Assembly: GCA_047285305.1 (NCBI GenBank) | Contig: JBJBDL010000003.1 | Coordinates: forward strand, 1,504,001-1,568,000 | Length of the DNA stretch: 64,000 bases | Source of the DNA: Synechococcus sp. | GTDB taxonomy: Bacteria; Cyanobacteriota; Cyanobacteriia; PCC-6307; Cyanobiaceae | Reading direction: 5' to 3' | Part shown: positions 1 through 9,018 of the stretch, piece by piece | How the letters are laid out: every line of letters starts with the position of its first letter | Numbering within the stretch: the first letter of the stretch is position 1 | Notes under the pieces: model-generated | Database searches by the model: none | What the model saw: only the letters and a program-made list of their open reading frames with translations | What the model was told of the DNA's origin: nothing | Made by a program: the position numbers and the translations under genes

Positions 1-714
1 GTTGAACTGCAGAACCTGTTCATCACTGAGTTGTTGACGACTGGTCGCCCCCAGTTGTTGTTGGAGAAATGTCCTGGCTTGATCGGAGCTCCAGCCCAGC
101 TGCTTCAACATTGCATCTCCTTGTTGAAGCAGATCACCACGACGGATGGGTGCTGGTGCTGTGGACGCGTCGTCGTTGGCTTGGATCAACTTCAACTGAC
201 GCAGATAGGCCACCAGATCGGCATAGCGCGTGAGCTTGTGGCGGCTGCCGAGACCGAAGGCTCGGGTCAAATACTCCTGCTCCTGCTCTCGAGACCAACC
301 AATGCGTCTGATTTCCATATCGATGGCGGTCAGCTCATCACTCCAGTCGTCAGGATCCGTTGGAGTTTCAGAGGGGGCGTTGTCAGCAGGCGTGACTGGG
401 ACCTGATGGGTGGCATTGGGTAGCGGAGCAGACGAGGACTGGTTTTGATCAATTTTTCTCGGGCGCTCAACGGGCACCTGCCTCGGATTCGGCTCATCCA
501 CCTGGGCTTCAGAGCGAGCTGAATTCAGTGGCTGTTGTGGCCCCTCAGTGGACCCCAGCCTGGAGTTCAGGCGTCGCAACGCTCTCTCCTCAGCCTCTTC
601 AGCAGTGGCGGCTTCACCGAGGGTGCTGCCCTGCAGAGATCCGTCGAGCCAGGCCTCGACCCGCACGATGCATCTCAGGGTGTCGACGTGACACAGCTCG
701 GCCCGGATCTGCAT
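1..714 (-). CDS. Conserved cyanobacterial hypothetical protein, 3'-partial (runs off the window)
   Basis: Read by hand: ATG at 714, open to base 1 (MQIRAELCHVDTLRCIVRVEAW...DPDDWSDELTAIDMEIRRIGWSREQEQEYL...LSDEQVLQFN). Absent from the ORF track because there is no stop in the window. Confidence 0.85.
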   Translation of the reverse strand, partial: MQIRAELCHVDTLRCIVRVEAWLDGSLQGSTLGEAATAEEAEERALRRLNSRLGSTEGPQQPLNSARSEAQVDEPNPRQVPVERPRKIDQNQSSSAPLPNATHQVPVTPADNAPSETPTDPDDWSDELTAIDMEIRRIGWSREQEQEYLTRAFGLGSRHKLTRYADLVAYLRQLKLIQANDDASTAPAPIRRGDLLQQGDAMLKQLGWSSDQARTFLQQQLGATSRQQLSDEQVLQFN

Positions 715-752
715 CGCAATGGAACAGCGCTTGCACTTTCTAGGCTGCCGCG

Positions 753-1490
753 ATGGACATCACTTCGCTTCCCTCACTGTCGGATTTCTTCGAAGGTGCC
801 GATCAATGGGGTGAGGTTTTGGCCCTGCTGCCTGTTCTGGTGCTGCTCGAGCTGATCCTGTCGGCTGACAATGCCGTGGCCCTCGCGGCCATCGCCCGCA
901 GCAGCCGCCAACCGGAGCGGGAAGGCCTTGCCCTCAACCTGGGCATTGGCATTGCACTGGTCTTGCGGATCGCCTTGATCGTTGTGGCCCAGTGGGTGTT
1001 GCAAAACGCCTGGGTGCAACTCCTCGCTGCGGCCTATCTGGTGTGGCTGGTGGTTGATCACTTCAACAACCGATCAGGCGATGATCCCGAGTCCAGCGAA
1101 GGACATGAATCCAACGGTCTGTCTCGCCCGTTTCTGAACACGGTTTTGCTGCTGGCTTTCACAGATCTGGCCTTCTCCATCGATAGCGTCGCCGCAGCCG
1201 TGGCCATCAGTGATCAGATTGTGTTGATCGGCACAGGTGCCTTCATCGGCATCGTGGCACTGCGTTTTACATCCGCCCTGTTCATTCGCTGGCTTGATCT
1301 GTATCCACGGCTTGAAACGGCTGGGTTTCTCGCCGTTGCTTTCGTGGCGCTGCGCTTGATTGTTCATGTTGTCGTGCCCAGTCTCAATCAACCTGATTGG
1401 CTCACCTTGGTGGTAGTGCTGTTGCTGTTTGCCTGGGGAATGTCGATCCGCAGCAAGGAACTTGATCAGGACGAAGGCCATGCTTGTTGA
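753..1490 (+). CDS. TerC-family integral membrane protein
   Basis: LELILSADNAVALA and DLAFSIDSVAAAVA TerC motifs; multiple hydrophobic helices. Confidence 0.9.
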   Translation: MDITSLPSLSDFFEGADQWGEVLALLPVLVLLELILSADNAVALAAIARSSRQPEREGLALNLGIGIALVLRIALIVVAQWVLQNAWVQLLAAAYLVWLVVDHFNNRSGDDPESSEGHESNGLSRPFLNTVLLLAFTDLAFSIDSVAAAVAISDQIVLIGTGAFIGIVALRFTSALFIRWLDLYPRLETAGFLAVAFVALRLIVHVVVPSLNQPDWLTLVVVLLLFAWGMSIRSKELDQDEGHAC

Positions 1491-1818
1491 ACTTCGCCAT
1501 ATCAGTGGAGACCGTTTGCTCCATCGCGTTGATCTTGAGGATCCGCCACAACCGGGGCGATGGCTTGTTGTGGAACAGCAATCCTTCCTCGTGATGCAAC
1601 GTCGTCACCGTTACGCCCTTCGCAACGGTCGCTATGTGATGGCCTCAGTGGCCCTGTTGGTGAAACCCCAGACGCGTCCCGCCGATGCAACACCCTGGAG
1701 ACATGGCTGGGTGATCGGTGATCCCAATTGCCGTTTCAATGCCCGTAGTCCTTTGCTCCGCTGTGCTGTGTGGCCGGAAGGCCCCTGCGAGAACTGCAGC
1801 CACCGTGAACTTCGCTGA
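1480..1818 (+). CDS. DUF6464-like protein with C-terminal Cys cluster
   Basis: IGDPNCRFNARSPLLRCAVWPEGPCENC motif; ATG 1480 overlaps the end of the TerC gene. Confidence 0.75.
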   Translation: MLVELRHISGDRLLHRVDLEDPPQPGRWLVVEQQSFLVMQRRHRYALRNGRYVMASVALLVKPQTRPADATPWRHGWVIGDPNCRFNARSPLLRCAVWPEGPCENCSHRELR

Positions 1819-1821
1819 TTG

Positions 1822-2472
1822 ATGAAACCGGACTGGCTCACTGGGCGACTCTGTGCTGGCCATGGCGTCGCCTCCGGAACAAGCAACGATTCACCGTATC
1901 CGGATGGCACGATTCGAATGCAATTCCCCGTGTTTCAGTCCTTAGGGCTGGACCTTTCGGGCTGTTACTTCGGCACGCTAAATCTCGACTTTGCCCCCCT
2001 CGAGGTTTCACTTTCATATCCAGATCACCTGTTTGAAAAGGTGCGATGGACCGACCTCCACCCCCCCGAAACATTCTCGTTCTGGAGTGTTCAGATTAAG
2101 ACGCCCCAAAGTGAGGTTGTGAACGGCTGGATTTATTACCCACACCCCGAGACAAAGTTGCGCCATTGGCAACCGCCGACAACGTTGGAATTGCTTGCAC
2201 CGCGATTATGCGGAGTGGAAACAGGCGGCAGCATTCATCTCTGTGATCAAGGCCAACGGATCAAACTCATCGATACGGTTCGCTTGCGCGCAAGGTTGCT
2301 GGAATTTCTCAAATTCAGAGTTCTGGCCTCGCAGCAAACATTTTTTGAAGCCGACACCCTGTTGAAGCGCCAACAATGGCTCTCGACGATGTTCCCGGAA
2401 GCTCTTCAGCTTTCCGAGCAGGATCTCGATCGGGTTTGGTCTCAAGCGCGGATGTTGTACACGGAATCCTGA
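1822..2472 (+). CDS. Hypothetical protein; N-terminal domain resembles the CTP-dependent riboflavin kinase fold
   Basis: GHGVASG, YFGTLNL and LELLAPRL segments; operonic spacing (3 bp after the upstream stop). Confidence 0.65.
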   Translation: MKPDWLTGRLCAGHGVASGTSNDSPYPDGTIRMQFPVFQSLGLDLSGCYFGTLNLDFAPLEVSLSYPDHLFEKVRWTDLHPPETFSFWSVQIKTPQSEVVNGWIYYPHPETKLRHWQPPTTLELLAPRLCGVETGGSIHLCDQGQRIKLIDTVRLRARLLEFLKFRVLASQQTFFEADTLLKRQQWLSTMFPEALQLSEQDLDRVWSQARMLYTES

Positions 2473-2473
2473 A

Positions 2474-3490
2474 TCAACCTTCGCCCAATCGATCTCCGGG
2501 AGTGGCGTTGAGTTGCTGCAACAGAACGGGGGCTGTGCTGCGTGCTTTCCCTTCCAGCTGTGCCTCCCGAATCAGAAGGGGGCAGCCTGAACTGCTCACC
2601 ACAAGCCCCAGATCTTCAATCACTGCAAGGATCGTCCCTGGGGGATGCCCGCCGGTGGGCCATTGGCCCACGAGGTTGCGTCCCTCAGGACTGAGTTGAT
2701 CCTGCAGGCGCTCGATCAACGGCTCCGTGCGCAACACCTTCAGGCGTTTGCCCTGCCACTGGGTGAACGCTCCGGGATGAAGCCCCATCACCTTGCGATG
2801 AATGCTGAGGGCAGGGGCAGACCAATCCAATTGGAAATCCTGCTTCTCCAGCATGCGGGCGTAGGTCGACCCCTCGGCCTGAACCCGCACTTTGAGCCTT
2901 GCCAATCTCTCGTCTTCTGGACCCGGTCCCGCCGCTTCAATCAGTGGCATCGCCTGAACCATCAGCTCTGCAGTGAGAGCACTGAGCCGTTCGGCCAAGG
3001 CGATGGAAGGTTCCAGCAGCTGGATCGGGGTGCGTCGCTCGAGCAGAACCGGACCAGTATCGAGCCCTTCTTCCATGGCCATGATCCCCACACCCGTTTC
3101 CTGATCCCCTTCGAGCATGGCCCACTGGATGGGACCAGCACCGCGCCAACGCGGTAGAAGTGATCCGTGGCCGTTCCAGCAGCCCAGAGGAGGCTGCTCT
3201 AACACATCCTTTGGAAGGATCTGTCCGAAGGCAACGACCACCGAGGCATCAGCTCCGAGTCCAGCAAGCTTGGCTTTGCAATCGTCATCCCGTCGGATCC
3301 GTTCAGGGGTGAACACAGGAAGGCCGAGTTCTTCCGCTCTCGCCTTCACCGCTGATGGAACCAGCTGTTTCCCTCGACCCCGCCGACGATCCGGCTGCGT
3401 TACTACCCCAACAATGGTATGACCCGCATCATGAAGTGCATTAAGAGTCGGCACCGCATAGATCGGTGTCCCCCAGAACAGAATGTTCAA
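2474..3490 (-). CDS. fmt: Methionyl-tRNA formyltransferase
   Basis: ILFWGTP, VVTQPDRRRGRG, HGSLLPRWRGAGPIQ, GLDTGP; TTG start at 3490. Confidence 0.97.
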   Translation of the reverse strand: MNILFWGTPIYAVPTLNALHDAGHTIVGVVTQPDRRRGRGKQLVPSAVKARAEELGLPVFTPERIRRDDDCKAKLAGLGADASVVVAFGQILPKDVLEQPPLGCWNGHGSLLPRWRGAGPIQWAMLEGDQETGVGIMAMEEGLDTGPVLLERRTPIQLLEPSIALAERLSALTAELMVQAMPLIEAAGPGPEDERLARLKVRVQAEGSTYARMLEKQDFQLDWSAPALSIHRKVMGLHPGAFTQWQGKRLKVLRTEPLIERLQDQLSPEGRNLVGQWPTGGHPPGTILAVIEDLGLVVSSSGCPLLIREAQLEGKARSTAPVLLQQLNATPGDRLGEG

Positions 3491-3492
3491 CG

Positions 3493-4863
3493 TCAGGCTT
3501 CGCCAGTGATGGAGAGTCCATCTACCCAAACATGAGGGGAAACCCCTCGGTGGGTGATTTCAGAATCAGCTTCCAGATGAGCAATGCCGTTGAGAACAGA
3601 GCGGATGTCACCGGCAACCGTTGCTGCTTCCACGGATACCCGTTCGCCGTTGTTCACCAACCATCCATCGAAGGGCAAGGAGAAGGATCCCTGTGTAGCT
3701 TTCACACCGGCGTGAAGAGCTGAAAGATCCTCAATCAGCACGAAGGGGCCTGACTCAGTGCGGTGGTTGAGGCTGTTACCGCTGCTCACCTGCGGGTTGG
3801 AACCAACCACGAACCAGTCAGGACCCACCGAAACCTTGGCTCCAAGCCCAGCATGGCCTGTGGGTTGAACACCGAAGGTTCGGGCCGTGGCTTCCGAGTG
3901 AAGGAAATTCCGCAGGGTTCCGCCCTCAATCAAGGAAAGGCGCCGGGTTGGTGTTCCCTCGCCATCAAAGGCTGCTGCACTGATGTGTCCGGGGTGGAGG
4001 CCGTCATCGTGGAGGTTAAAGAAGGGAACCGCCACATCGGATCCAATTGAATCCCGCTGGCTCAAGCTCACCCCGTCGAGCACTGAACGCGCATTGAACA
4101 TGCTGCTGAAGGCTCCGAGCAGAGAAAGAAAGGCCTCGGGGGTGAAGCAAACTCTGTAGCTCCCGGTTTCGATCGGTCGATAGTCCAGATGGCTGACGGT
4201 GCGATCAACGGCCTCGCTGATGCAGCCTTCAACATCCAGTGCGCTGCTGCCAAGACCCAGACGAACAGCACCTCCGCTGCGGGGCTTACGACCTGTTTCT
4301 TCAGCCCTTGCGTAGAGATACAGGCTGGCTTGGGTGCGTTCCATCTGGCGCAGTGCTCCATCACTGTTGAGATAGAGGCTCTGGGACAGGGATTCCGCCA
4401 ATCCGTTGTAGGGGACGGTCTGGATCGCGGGGTGGCGACCCAACAGATCGGCTTCCGCATCCCGAAGGGTGTCCAGCAAGGGGAGGATTCCTTGGCGTGG
4501 TTGAAGCGGTCGATCGAGCTGGGGGAGTGGGGCTGTGGCCAGGGGGGAGAACTCAGGGATGTCCTCGGGATTGCCAAAACGGCTGGCCGTATGGGCTCCC
4601 ACCAGGGCTTGTTCCAAGCCGCTATCGGAGAGGTCGGTGGTGCTGGTGATGCCCACCAGCCCATCGTTGTTCCAAACCCTGACGGTGATGGAGCTCCGCT
4701 GCGATGCCTTGAGTTGTTTGGCTTCACCACGATCCACCTGTACGGAGCAGTCGTCACTGCAGGCGGCACCAAGATCCCAACGACGAATGCCTTCTCGTGA
4801 GGCGAGGGTTTGAAGGCGATCCCTGAGATCCGTGGCGTTAAGGCTGTTGTTGCTGCTCATCAT
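3493..4863 (-). CDS. pmbA: TldE/PmbA non-catalytic protease subunit
   Basis: FDGEGTPT and GSFSLPFDG motifs, no HExxxH; coupled to tldD by a TGATG overlap. Confidence 0.9.
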   Translation of the reverse strand: MMSSNNSLNATDLRDRLQTLASREGIRRWDLGAACSDDCSVQVDRGEAKQLKASQRSSITVRVWNNDGLVGITSTTDLSDSGLEQALVGAHTASRFGNPEDIPEFSPLATAPLPQLDRPLQPRQGILPLLDTLRDAEADLLGRHPAIQTVPYNGLAESLSQSLYLNSDGALRQMERTQASLYLYARAEETGRKPRSGGAVRLGLGSSALDVEGCISEAVDRTVSHLDYRPIETGSYRVCFTPEAFLSLLGAFSSMFNARSVLDGVSLSQRDSIGSDVAVPFFNLHDDGLHPGHISAAAFDGEGTPTRRLSLIEGGTLRNFLHSEATARTFGVQPTGHAGLGAKVSVGPDWFVVGSNPQVSSGNSLNHRTESGPFVLIEDLSALHAGVKATQGSFSLPFDGWLVNNGERVSVEAATVAGDIRSVLNGIAHLEADSEITHRGVSPHVWVDGLSITGEA

Positions 4864-6272
4864 CAACGGCCCCCCACCGTGATCGAATCAACTTTGATGT
4901 GGGGTTGGCCCACGGTGACGAACACACTTCCACTGACGGATCCACAGAACCCGGCAGCCAGTTCCAGATCGTTGGCGCACATCGAAATGCGAGGCATCAC
5001 CTCCTTGGCATCACCGATCAACGTCGCCCCTTTCACCGGTTTGGTGAGCTTGCCGTTCTCAATCAGATACCCCTCTTCAACGGAGAAATTGAACTGACCT
5101 GTAGGGCCGACGCTTCCCCCACCCATGGCCTTGCAGTACAGGCCTTGATCGACGGATTCAATCAACTGTTCAGGGGTATGCGAGCCCGCGTCGATGAAGG
5201 TGTTTCGCATCCGGCTCGCAGCGGCAAAGGCATGACTCTGACGCCGGCCGCTTCCGGTGCGTTTGTGGCCCGTGCGCAGTTCACCGGCCCGATCACTGAT
5301 GAAGCGTTGGAGCACCCCGCCTTTGATCAGAATGGTGCGCTCAGGTTCCATTCCTTCGTCATCCATCGAGAGGGAACCGAAGGATCCACCACTCAGGCCT
5401 TCATCGATGGCGGTGACTGCAGGGTGAGCGATCAGTTCACCAACCCGGTCAGCGAAGGGGGTGGTGCCCCGTTCAATCTGGGTTGTTTCAAGGAGGTGGC
5501 CACAGGCCTCGTGGAAAATCACGCCACCGAACCGGTTGGCGAGAACAGCCGGCATCTGTCCGGCATCCACGTAGTCGGCACGCAACATCGTTCCAGCGCT
5601 GTTGCACACTTCAGCTGCACTGGCTTCGGAATCCCAGTCCCGAAGATCGTCCGGACGATCGGAACTGCCATAGCGGCGGCCAATGCTGGATCGGTGATCG
5701 CCGTCAGCGGCAAGAACGGAAAGACCGGTCGACTGATGCAGGCGGATGTCGCGGGCAAAGGTGCCATCGGATGCAGCCACCAGCACTTCCTGCCAGTCGC
5801 GGGCGTAACTGCCACGGCGCACCTGCAGGTGCTGACCAAGACGATTGAGATGGTCTGTGCCCTTGAGCAGGCACTGGCTGGCCTGATCAAGGGAAGGGCA
5901 GCGTTCCAGCCAGTCGGCTTTCTTCAAGCCGTGGTCGGTCAGCTGCTTCAACCCTTCAAAAGCTGACTTGGAAGCGAGCTGTTGCGCCTCGAGACCGAGC
6001 ATGGCGAGGGCCTGATCGAGGGCGCGCTGTAGGCCAGCTTCGCTGAGATCATTGGTGCTGACAAAGCCATCACGGCCATCACGGAACACTCTGAGGCCAG
6101 CTCCACGGGCGAACGACGGATTCACACTGGTGATCCGATCCTGTTCGGCAAGCAAACCGATGTGGTCGGTGCGCTCAAGAAACACCTCGACCAGGTCGGC
6201 TCCTGCTGAGCTACCACGGTGCAGCAAGGACTCCAAGAGTCCTTGCCACTGATTCGAAAAGGCGTTGGTCAA
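4863..6272 (-). CDS. tldD: TldD metalloprotease subunit
   Basis: IFHEACGHLLE zinc motif, SRMRNTFI, GGGSV, C-terminal CGSVSGSVFVTVGQPHIKV. Confidence 0.93.
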   Translation of the reverse strand: MTNAFSNQWQGLLESLLHRGSSAGADLVEVFLERTDHIGLLAEQDRITSVNPSFARGAGLRVFRDGRDGFVSTNDLSEAGLQRALDQALAMLGLEAQQLASKSAFEGLKQLTDHGLKKADWLERCPSLDQASQCLLKGTDHLNRLGQHLQVRRGSYARDWQEVLVAASDGTFARDIRLHQSTGLSVLAADGDHRSSIGRRYGSSDRPDDLRDWDSEASAAEVCNSAGTMLRADYVDAGQMPAVLANRFGGVIFHEACGHLLETTQIERGTTPFADRVGELIAHPAVTAIDEGLSGGSFGSLSMDDEGMEPERTILIKGGVLQRFISDRAGELRTGHKRTGSGRRQSHAFAAASRMRNTFIDAGSHTPEQLIESVDQGLYCKAMGGGSVGPTGQFNFSVEEGYLIENGKLTKPVKGATLIGDAKEVMPRISMCANDLELAAGFCGSVSGSVFVTVGQPHIKVDSITVGGR

Positions 6273-6304
6273 GAAATCTCCTCGATTGGGCCGGGGGAAT
6301 CCCC

Positions 6305-7375
6305 TCAGCGCACAGCTGGCTGGAAACGATCGCTGTCGATCGCTGGCATCAGGAACAGCTTGGCCATTTCGGCACCGTTTCCGATCCAGAAGGGCAGCTT
6401 GCGGAGCACTTTCAGAGGAGCGATGGCATCGCTGGCATCAGCCTTTTCCAATGCGGCGTTGTTGGCCACCAGTCGTTCGAGGCGTGTCCAGAACTTGTCG
6501 TTGTTCACATCAAGAACAACGGGGAAAACGCGAGCGGACGTTTCGTTGGTCTTCTCGATCACCATCTTGTCGTAGGTGCGAGCGTCCAATCCGAGAGCCT
6601 CGTAGAACTCCTTGCGGGCCACGTCGCGCACGTACATGGTGGCAAACACCGCCAGCAGGAAGAAGCGGCACCAGAGTTTGGCGATGGGGCCACGAACCGT
6701 GTCCGGTTGGGCCTTCATCAGGGCATCAAAGAAATCACCATGACGGTTTTCGTCCTGACACCAGTTCTCAAAGAAGTTGAAGATCGGGAAGATCTTGCTG
6801 TCGGGGTTCTTTTCGAGGTGGCGGTAAATGGCGATGTAACGCCAGTAGCCGATCTTTTCAGACAGGTAGGTGGCGTAGAAGATGAATTTCGGCTTGAAGA
6901 ACGTGTAGTCCTTGTTCGCGGTCAGGAAGCCGAGATCCAGCTGCATGCCGAAATCACTCATCGACTTGTTGAGGAAGCCGGCGTGGCGAGCTTCATCCCG
7001 AGCCATGTGAGCAAAGCACTCGGCCAGCAGAGGGTTCTTCGCCTTAATGCGGCGGCTCAGTTCCTTGTAGAGCAGGAATCCTGAAAATTCGGACGTGCAG
7101 CTCTGCTCAAGGAATTCGATGAACACCTTGCGGGTTTCAGGATCCAGCTTGTCCGCAGCACCCTCGAACTCCTCACTACGAACGAAGTGGTGGCGGTTGT
7201 AATCCTTCCTGAACTCTTCACAGATGGCTTCCAGTTCAGCCTCATTGGGCTGAAGGTCCATTGCCGCCATCGCTTCGAAATCGGTGGTGTAGAAGCGAGG
7301 GGTCAGGATTGTGTCCTTGACAGGATCCTTGATGGCTACAGCGCTGCCTTCGGCCACGGCGGTGGGAGGGACCAT
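6305..7375 (-). CDS. acsF: Mg-protoporphyrin IX monomethyl ester (oxidative) cyclase
   Basis: [31 protein letters not shown] and DENRH di-iron motifs; start placed at MVPPT. Confidence 0.97.
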   Translation of the reverse strand: MVPPTAVAEGSAVAIKDPVKDTILTPRFYTTDFEAMAAMDLQPNEAELEAICEEFRKDYNRHHFVRSEEFEGAADKLDPETRKVFIEFLEQSCTSEFSGFLLYKELSRRIKAKNPLLAECFAHMARDEARHAGFLNKSMSDFGMQLDLGFLTANKDYTFFKPKFIFYATYLSEKIGYWRYIAIYRHLEKNPDSKIFPIFNFFENWCQDENRHGDFFDALMKAQPDTVRGPIAKLWCRFFLLAVFATMYVRDVARKEFYEALGLDARTYDKMVIEKTNETSARVFPVVLDVNNDKFWTRLERLVANNAALEKADASDAIAPLKVLRKLPFWIGNGAEMAKLFLMPAIDSDRFQPAVR

Positions 7376-7441
7376 CAGTTGCGGTTCACGATCCTGCCAA
7401 TGTAGGCCTGTCAGCCCAACCCCCGAGGCCAATGCGGGCGG

Positions 7442-7879
7442 TTAGTTACCTCCCAGCCACTTTTGGCCGTTGAGCCGTTGCAAGAGACGAGACACGAGAA
7501 GGGGCAAAGACATCCGCTTCTCATCGATCAGAAAGCTCTCCAGCAGCGTTGGCTCACTGCCGGCATCAGCTAGGGCAATAACTTTGGCGCTGTTGATGTC
7601 GGCCTTGGAGAAGCAGACCCAGAAGCGACGGCCCCTTGGCAGTTCACCAACCACCATTGGACATTCACCACCGACGACTGGACGCTGCCCATCCACGCGC
7701 TCGAGCCGATCAGCTGTGATGTCGTGTTCGGCCAACTGTTTGGCGACGGCCGGCAAAAACAGTGTGTCGATGAATTCAGGGAAGGGCTTGTCCTCCGGCT
7801 TGGGCGGTTTGGCTTTCGGCACCGCTTTTGGAGGGGGCTCTTGACCTGAAGATCTTTTCTCGACTGGGGTTTCGCTCAC
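7442..7879 (-). CDS. ndhV: DUF2996 / NdhV-like NDH-1 accessory subunit
   Basis: EDKPFPEFI, RRFWVCF, LESFLIDEKR, RLNGQKWLGGN. Confidence 0.75.
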   Translation of the reverse strand: MSETPVEKRSSGQEPPPKAVPKAKPPKPEDKPFPEFIDTLFLPAVAKQLAEHDITADRLERVDGQRPVVGGECPMVVGELPRGRRFWVCFSKADINSAKVIALADAGSEPTLLESFLIDEKRMSLPLLVSRLLQRLNGQKWLGGN

Positions 7880-7924
7880 CGATCCAGCAATGCTGAGGCA
7901 ACTGTAAGCAGCTTGGTGCGTTGC

Positions 7925-8410
7925 TTACCAGTTCGTCTCCGGATCATCTCCCCAATCACTGAACTCCTGTGAAGGAGAGCCCACAGTTGAAGCGCCTGAT
8001 GAAGCGTCTGACTGAGGGGGAGCTGATGAAGGGCGTTGAATCACGCGGTAGGCCACAGACACGGTTGGAGCCGGTTCTCTCACATCTCTTTCGGGACCGG
8101 GGTTTGCGCTGGATCTGGGTGTCGGTTCGTTGGCGGCGTAGCCCCTCTCATCGAACTCCGGTTGCACAGGGGAACGCCTTTGGCGACTCAGGGGACGCTC
8201 CACTGGGGATACCAAAACCGCTGCGACAGCGGCTCCGGCCGCACCACCCACGCCAGCTAGCGCTGTCCATGCCCCAACGGGGAGCGGAGGTGTTGTCCAA
8301 ACCAGCAGACGGATCCGGGTCTTGTCTCCGACATTGGTGGCCGACAGAACCAGCAAGGCCAGCATTGGCGCCAGGCAGGGAATCAGCAGCAGCCGCTGAA
8401 ACATGCTCAT
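7925..8410 (-). CDS. Conserved hypothetical membrane protein
   Basis: Two N-terminal hydrophobic segments, PERDVREPAPTVSVAYRVI motif; ATGA overlap with ubiX. Confidence 0.7.
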   Translation of the reverse strand: MSMFQRLLLIPCLAPMLALLVLSATNVGDKTRIRLLVWTTPPLPVGAWTALAGVGGAAGAAVAAVLVSPVERPLSRQRRSPVQPEFDERGYAANEPTPRSSANPGPERDVREPAPTVSVAYRVIQRPSSAPPQSDASSGASTVGSPSQEFSDWGDDPETNW

Positions 8411-9015
8411 TCCAGGGGGCCCTGCCAGCGTTTCAGGGGTGCAAGGTCCTCCTCAAGGCCATCGAACAGGCGTACCACCAGAAAGTCCACCATCTCCTCC
8501 AATGAATCGGGCCGGGTATACCAGGCCGGAATGGGAGCGGCAATGGTTGCTCCAGCTTCAGCGAGGCCAGTGAGGTTGCGGAGGTGAATCAGGTTGAAAG
8601 GCATCTCCCGGGGAGCAATCACCAGGGGCCGACGCTCCTTGAGATGCACATCCGCACAACGTTCGATCAGATCTGCGGAGATACCGGCATGGATCCGCCC
8701 GACGGTTCCCATGCTGCAGGGAACGATGACCATCGCCCGAGTTCTGTAGCTGCCACTGGCAATGCAGGCAGCCTGATCATTCCAGCGATGACAGGTGAGC
8801 TCGCCACTCTCCACCGACAGCCTCTCTCGCCAGAACGCACGTTGTTTCAGGGGATCAACAGGGATCGTCAGGCCCTGTTCCGCACGAAACACCTCATGGG
8901 CACCATGGCTGAGCACAAGATGCACCGAGCGCCCGCGCTGCAGCAGCAGCTGTAGGGCACGCTCGGCCAGGGGTTGAGCGGATGCACCGGTGACTGCCAG
9001 AACGTATGGATGCAT
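8407..9015 (-). CDS. ubiX: Flavin prenyltransferase
   Basis: VTGASA, IASGS, VPCSMGT, RCADVHLKERRPLVIAPREMP. Confidence 0.93.
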   Translation of the reverse strand: MHPYVLAVTGASAQPLAERALQLLLQRGRSVHLVLSHGAHEVFRAEQGLTIPVDPLKQRAFWRERLSVESGELTCHRWNDQAACIASGSYRTRAMVIVPCSMGTVGRIHAGISADLIERCADVHLKERRPLVIAPREMPFNLIHLRNLTGLAEAGATIAAPIPAWYTRPDSLEEMVDFLVVRLFDGLEEDLAPLKRWQGPLE

Positions 9016-9018
9016 CAC

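Noticed and set aside
31..423. Plus-strand 130-aa ORF in the track
   Set aside because: Antisense shadow of the real minus-strand gene at 1-714.
4899..5966. 355-aa plus-strand ORF
   Set aside because: Antisense shadow of tldD; expected in GC-rich DNA; no recognisable motifs.
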